Below are positions 32,453-37,669 of a stretch of DNA of 37,669 bases, piece by piece. The stretch lies in assembly GCA_030141605.1 (NCBI GenBank), contig JAQGDQ010001505.1, positions 1-37,669 on the forward strand, given 5' to 3'. Source of the DNA: Tubiluchus corallicola (taxonomy: Eukaryota; Animalia; Priapulida). The position numbers and the translations under genes are program-made. A model generated the notes under the pieces. The model made no database searches, was not told the origin of the DNA, and saw only the letters and a list, made by a program, of their open reading frames with translations. Numbering within the stretch: the first letter of the stretch is position 1; each line of letters begins with the position of its first letter.

Positions 32453-32894
32453 TTGCATTCGAGCATTTCATTTTCAACTGACGTAATTTCCTCCCCACTT
32501 CATTTTCCTGTATTATCTTCAACGTAGGAAGATAATCACGTCAATCTGTTGTTAATGAGAAAAGACGTGCTAGTAAAGAGATTTCAGAATCCCACAGGCC
32601 TCTGTCTAATATCCAAATAACATCATTAAACGAATTCTCTTTGAGCATAATTCGTTGTTACGGCTCCAATTTTGAGTTAATGTTATTTTAGTCTTTCTCA
32701 GCTTCCTGCATATTTTACGCACGAGGAGAATAATTTTATCCATCGTTTAATTAAAATGCTGTTCACGTGTTTGGCATGATAGCTTAGAGTTTTTACAACG
32801 GAAGCTTTCTTGCTCTTTTTATAGGCCTAATTTTAGAAAATCCGGTTTCTTTCAATGTTCGCAAAAAACGTTAGAAGGATTTAGTAAGAAAACA

Positions 32895-33302
<408 letters not shown>

Positions 33303-35417
33303 CATGAGAGGAGGAAGAAATCAAAAGAAACAAAATAAATAACCTGAAATCATCATTTACAGACGTGTGAAGCCATCTTTAAACGTAAGAAGCTGCCGAG
33401 AAGCCAGTGAACTGTCTACTTTTCATCAATTTTTACACAGTAATTAACTCTTCTATATTAAGCTACCATTGCATAGGCGTACGCCTGAAGAAGAATATGT
33501 TCTTTCAACTTTCACTTACACGCTATTTCTACAACACTGAAAACCGTTCAACTAACGATAACACGATACTGAAAAGATATATAAATTTTCACCTGTTTTC
33601 ATCTGACTGTTGCCTTCTGTCTAGTTCCGCTTACCCCACATTACAACAAACACTATTAACGTACTTAATCGTACCACATTTCGTATTCTGCAATTCCCTC
33701 CTGGCTCTATTACGTACCGTTTGACCTTCTGCAAGAGCTCGGCGAGCTATTTCAGCCTGTTTACGTTCGAGTGTAAATTACAAAGCTACAAACCATTCCC
33801 GGAACTCGAGTCTCAAAATACGAAAGAGACGACAGTTTTTTACTGCCGGATGTAAAATTACCGGGATAAGAGCTAAAATTCCCGACGTTATAAAACTAAT
33901 AATTAGGCTTATCACTATGGCTAATTGATAGTAATCCTGCACGTGAGGGAACCTTCCCGTCTTTTTCCTTATCCCACAAAAGGAGCACCATTTAGAATCT
34001 AGAGGAATAAAGGAAATGATGAACTTCTCCCTTAATCATTGAGATAATGATTTGAAATATTAGCTAACGTGCGCATTTGAAAATTTTGGAATTTGCCCAA
34101 GTGTCGGCGCCACCTGTTTTTCTAATGGCTGATTGCATATGGCTGAGTGTTTGAGATCCCAATGATCTGAGATCCTAGGTATCCTGTTTGACCGTCTACA
34201 AGTGCTCAGCGAGATGTTTTTGTCTATTTACTGATTAAAATACTGATCGACAGGGCATGCAGTCACTTATCTGTTAGCTAACAAGGTTCGATGATACTTA
34301 ACTATCGTAGTCAAGCACACGCCACGAATTACACATTGTTCTGAACTCCATTGCGCCAGCAACGACTACCTGCTATTGATGTTTACGAAAAGTGTCAGAT
34401 ATCCATCTAAATTTCTCCTAGTTTGTAATCGCAACCATACTTAAGTGTTAATAAAAGTGTCTGCATGCCGTGCGGTGGCGACTGTTGCTAAAAACCTGCA
34501 CAGAAACAATGGCATAGCTTAAATTATAACAGCCAGCCTTACAGAAGCAAAATTAGAGGCAGAGTACAAAACATGACGTCACATCAATGGCTATGCGTCA
34601 ACAGTTTTCCAAGCGAGAATTGCCGAAAATATAACCTCTGATCAACTCGTCGCAGCTCCTCTTGGGGAAGGCGTCCTATGCTACTCTTACTACGCAGTTC
34701 ACACATTATAAGACATGAATTACACGACGTCCTAGTGCAACGCCAAGGTAGGCCTATTTGTAGCAGTAGCTGAACCTATTTTATTGTCAAAGTATAGCTT
34801 CCTCAAATCTGCAGCGGCGTGCAAAATTCTACATCTACCGACAGTATATATATATATATATATATGTCAGAGAAAGATTGTAAGATGCTTTTAACGACAT
34901 TAAAGTTCACAAAATTTTCAACATCAACCGTATCAGTTACCGTAACTGTGCGTCTCGTCTCAGCGAACACCTGGGTCAGGTGTGAATTAGCCTCGAAAGG
35001 TATAGGCAGGTTAATTACATTTTCGAAGCTTGTGTAGAAAATCTATGCTTGCCACGCTCCCCGCGGCTCAAATAATCATTGTCTTTCGACCTGCTTTAGA
35101 CTTTAGACCTCGTTGTTTAGCAACTTGAGCTTGAAGGATATTAATATCATGTAATTATGTCATCATACTTGCTGTAGCAGCCAACAAACTTTGTCATTTT
35201 GGTGCTTACTAAATTGTTTTATCGATTTTTCCTGATTATGCAGCTCACTTATTTACTAGTAACCTACTTGTTTTACGTAATTTCACAAAGCTATTGTTTC
35301 TATTGTGCAGAAATATGTAACACCAACCTTAATCGACTTAATGACGTCTAGGTTTACATAATGTGCTAGTTTTGGTAAATGCATTGACTGTAATACATAG
35401 TTAGGCGAACTGCTTAA

Positions 35418-36059
35418 AGGACAAGAAAAGAGGTACCTGAAGTAGGTTTCAGAAAAATCGTCTTAAAAATTATATTACTTTATAGCACTTTTATGCGTAT
35501 ATCGCACTATCGTTGAAAGGATTTTTTGTTTTTAAATCTCCCGCGATACTGTTCCGACCGCCATTACATGACGTAATCTACGAGCAACGCAAATCAGGTG
35601 AAGAAAAGGAAATGCTAAAAACTTTGTCCCAAAAAACTTTCCATGTGAAGTTATATTATTTGGCATTTTGCTTACTGCTTGAAAGACTTATGTAACTAGA
35701 AAACAATAATATTAATTATTTAAAATAGGACGTCCAGGGTGCACCACTCGCTAACCAAAAACGCATTTCTAATCTTACTGACAAGATTCAGTAATTTTAA
35801 ATTTTATTTAGTGAGTCACATGTGCGCTACGAATGTTCTGATTATTTTTTCAAACTTTGCTCAGTGTTATCTAAACGTGTTTCAAATGACTTATCGTCAA
35901 AATGGCTGCGTCTGACAGACATCGCGAGAGTTTGACTTACAAGTTGCATACAGCGTTACTGCCGACGCAAGCCCCGTATGCAAAAAGTCAGTATGTAAGT
36001 GGTAAGAATTTCAAAACGAATTTTTTAAGCTTTTTTTAAGTGGAGGGTTTTCTTGTACT
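35418..36059 (+). mobile_element. Non-autonomous DNA transposon with TTAA target duplication (Kolobok-like MITE)
   Basis: TTAA|AGGACAAGAAAA ... TTTTCTTGTACT|TTAA, an 11/12 TIR match. The interior is similar to four other segments in the window. Confidence 0.7.
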
Positions 36060-36093
36060 TTAAAAACGATCTGAGGTATAGACATCAACACGG

Positions 36094-36843
36094 GACCAAA
36101 AATTAATAGGTCTTATGTTTAGTGATTAAGTTGAGAATTGAGAGACCAAAAATTCATAGGTCTTATGTTTAGTGATTAACTAGGGAATTGAGAGACCAAA
36201 AATTAATAGGTCTTATGTTTAGTGATTAACTTGGGAATTGAGAGACCAAAAATTCATAGGTCTTATGTTTAGTGATTAACTTGGGAATTGAGAGACCAAA
36301 AATTAATAGGTCTTATGTTTAGTGATTAACTTGGGAATTGAGAGACCAAAAATTAATAGGTCTTATGTTTAGTGATTAACTTGGGAATTGAGAGACCAAA
36401 AATTCATAGGTCTTATGTTTAGTGATTAACTTGGGAATTGAGAGACCAAAAATTCATAGGTCTTATGTTTAGTGATTAACTTGGGAATTGAGAAACCAAA
36501 AATTCATAGGTCTTATGTTTAGTGATTAACTTGGGAATTGAGAGACCAAAAATTCATAGGTCTTATGTTTAGTGATTAACTTGGGAATTGAGAGACCAAA
36601 AATTCATAGGTCTTATGTTTAGTGATTAACTTGAGAATTGAGAGACCAAAAATTCATAGGTCTTATGTTTAGTGATTAACTAGGGAATTGAGAGACCAAA
36701 AATTAATAGGTCTTATGTTTAGTGATTAACTTGGGAATTGAGAGACCAAAAATTCATAGGTCTTATATTTAGTGATTAACTTGGGAATTGAGAGACCAAA
36801 AATTAATAGGTCTTACGTTTAGTGATTAACTTGTGAATTGAGA
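36094..36843. repeat. 50-bp minisatellite, 15 copies
   Basis: GACCAAAAATT(A/C)ATAGGTCTTATGTTTAGTGATTAACTTGGGAATTGAGA repeated head to tail with no spacers. Confidence 0.98.
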
Positions 36844-37669
36844 TTATGTTCATAAAACAACTTGGTAAAAAAACCTCTTTTTCTGTAGGTTTAGATAGTG
36901 CAGCTAAGAACTTTGCAAAAGCAAAATAGTAAGAGCGCAATTATTTTGTGACGCAGTTTAATGCCTACCGAGTACAAAAGCTGTAGCATTATTTATGAGA
37001 TACACATTCATATGTAGGCATAACCTTGCTGCTTTGTCCTTTATATCCCCAGCGAGTCGGACGAATGGAAAATGGTCGAAAAAGAAGATAAATGCCGCGA
37101 TAAATCTCTAGTCGGATGATGAGGAAAGCGAGAAAAGCTGTTGATTATTATCAGTCTGTCAGCAGATGAAAAACACGCTGGAATACCCGGATGAGAGTGC
37201 TAACTGTCAGCAGCGCCCTCGAGGCGAAAAAATGCTTGTCATTTGGGAAGGCGACGGCCGTTGCGTCCGACTTCTCAGTCTTGCTGCAAGGAGACTTGAA
37301 GGTTGAAAGATTTTTAAAATTCTGTCCAGAGTAGACAAAGCGATATTAAACTCTGTAATCTTAAAGGCTTGGCGTTTGTGGGATTGAATGTCAGTATATG
37401 GTGAAACTTACTTCAAAGAGAATTAGCGTTTAGAAATTTTCCTCCTTACGGACTCGTATCTCAAACGAAAAGACCGCTTATATCACCATCCGACAGTCTG
37501 ACGATGCGCGTTTAGTCTTTTTTTGCAGGCTAATGCAGGCCCATTACAACGAATGAGAACAATTTTAAGAGAAAACTGCCTGCCCGCTTGCCTGCCTATC
37601 TATCTATCCATCTATCCATCTATCTGTTTGTCTATCTGTCTGTCCAGGTGTGTGTGTGTGACACAGCGT

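Noticed and set aside
36094-36843. CRISPR-like appearance of the 50-bp, 35-bp and 30-bp arrays
   Set aside because: Units are contiguous with no unique spacers, there are no cas genes, and the context is eukaryotic.

Overview
AT-rich, repeat-dense eukaryotic DNA, probably from an invertebrate animal, with one 305-N assembly gap (20237-20541). The main gene is a minus-strand, multi-exon GH16 beta-1,3-glucanase / LGBP-like gene. I can splice it in frame through nine complete exons (19599 to the stop at 12474) plus the tail of a signal-peptide exon that emerges from the gap. The catalytic motif EIDLVE is intact. Two detached pieces of the same gene family flank it. One is a paralogous signal-peptide exon (8419-8356, minus) with a candidate TATA box and UTR exon but no visible downstream exons. 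The other is an inverted, roughly 96-97% identical copy of one coding exon with its intron flanks (23078-23453), fused to the (GA)n tail of a 5S-rRNA-derived SINE. Two in-frame exons of an unidentified plus-strand gene lie at 998-1204 and 3528-3842. The rest is decayed LINEs, a Penelope-like fragment with a degenerate minimal hammerhead ribozyme, two 5S-derived retroposons, a multi-copy TTAA-flanked MITE family, a cluster of inverted-repeat elements, five minisatellite arrays and many microsatellites. Most ORFs in the supplied track are repeat artefacts. I see no convincing wholly new biological system. The best leads are the fragmentary GH16 duplicates, the SINE-to-exon junction and the hammerhead.
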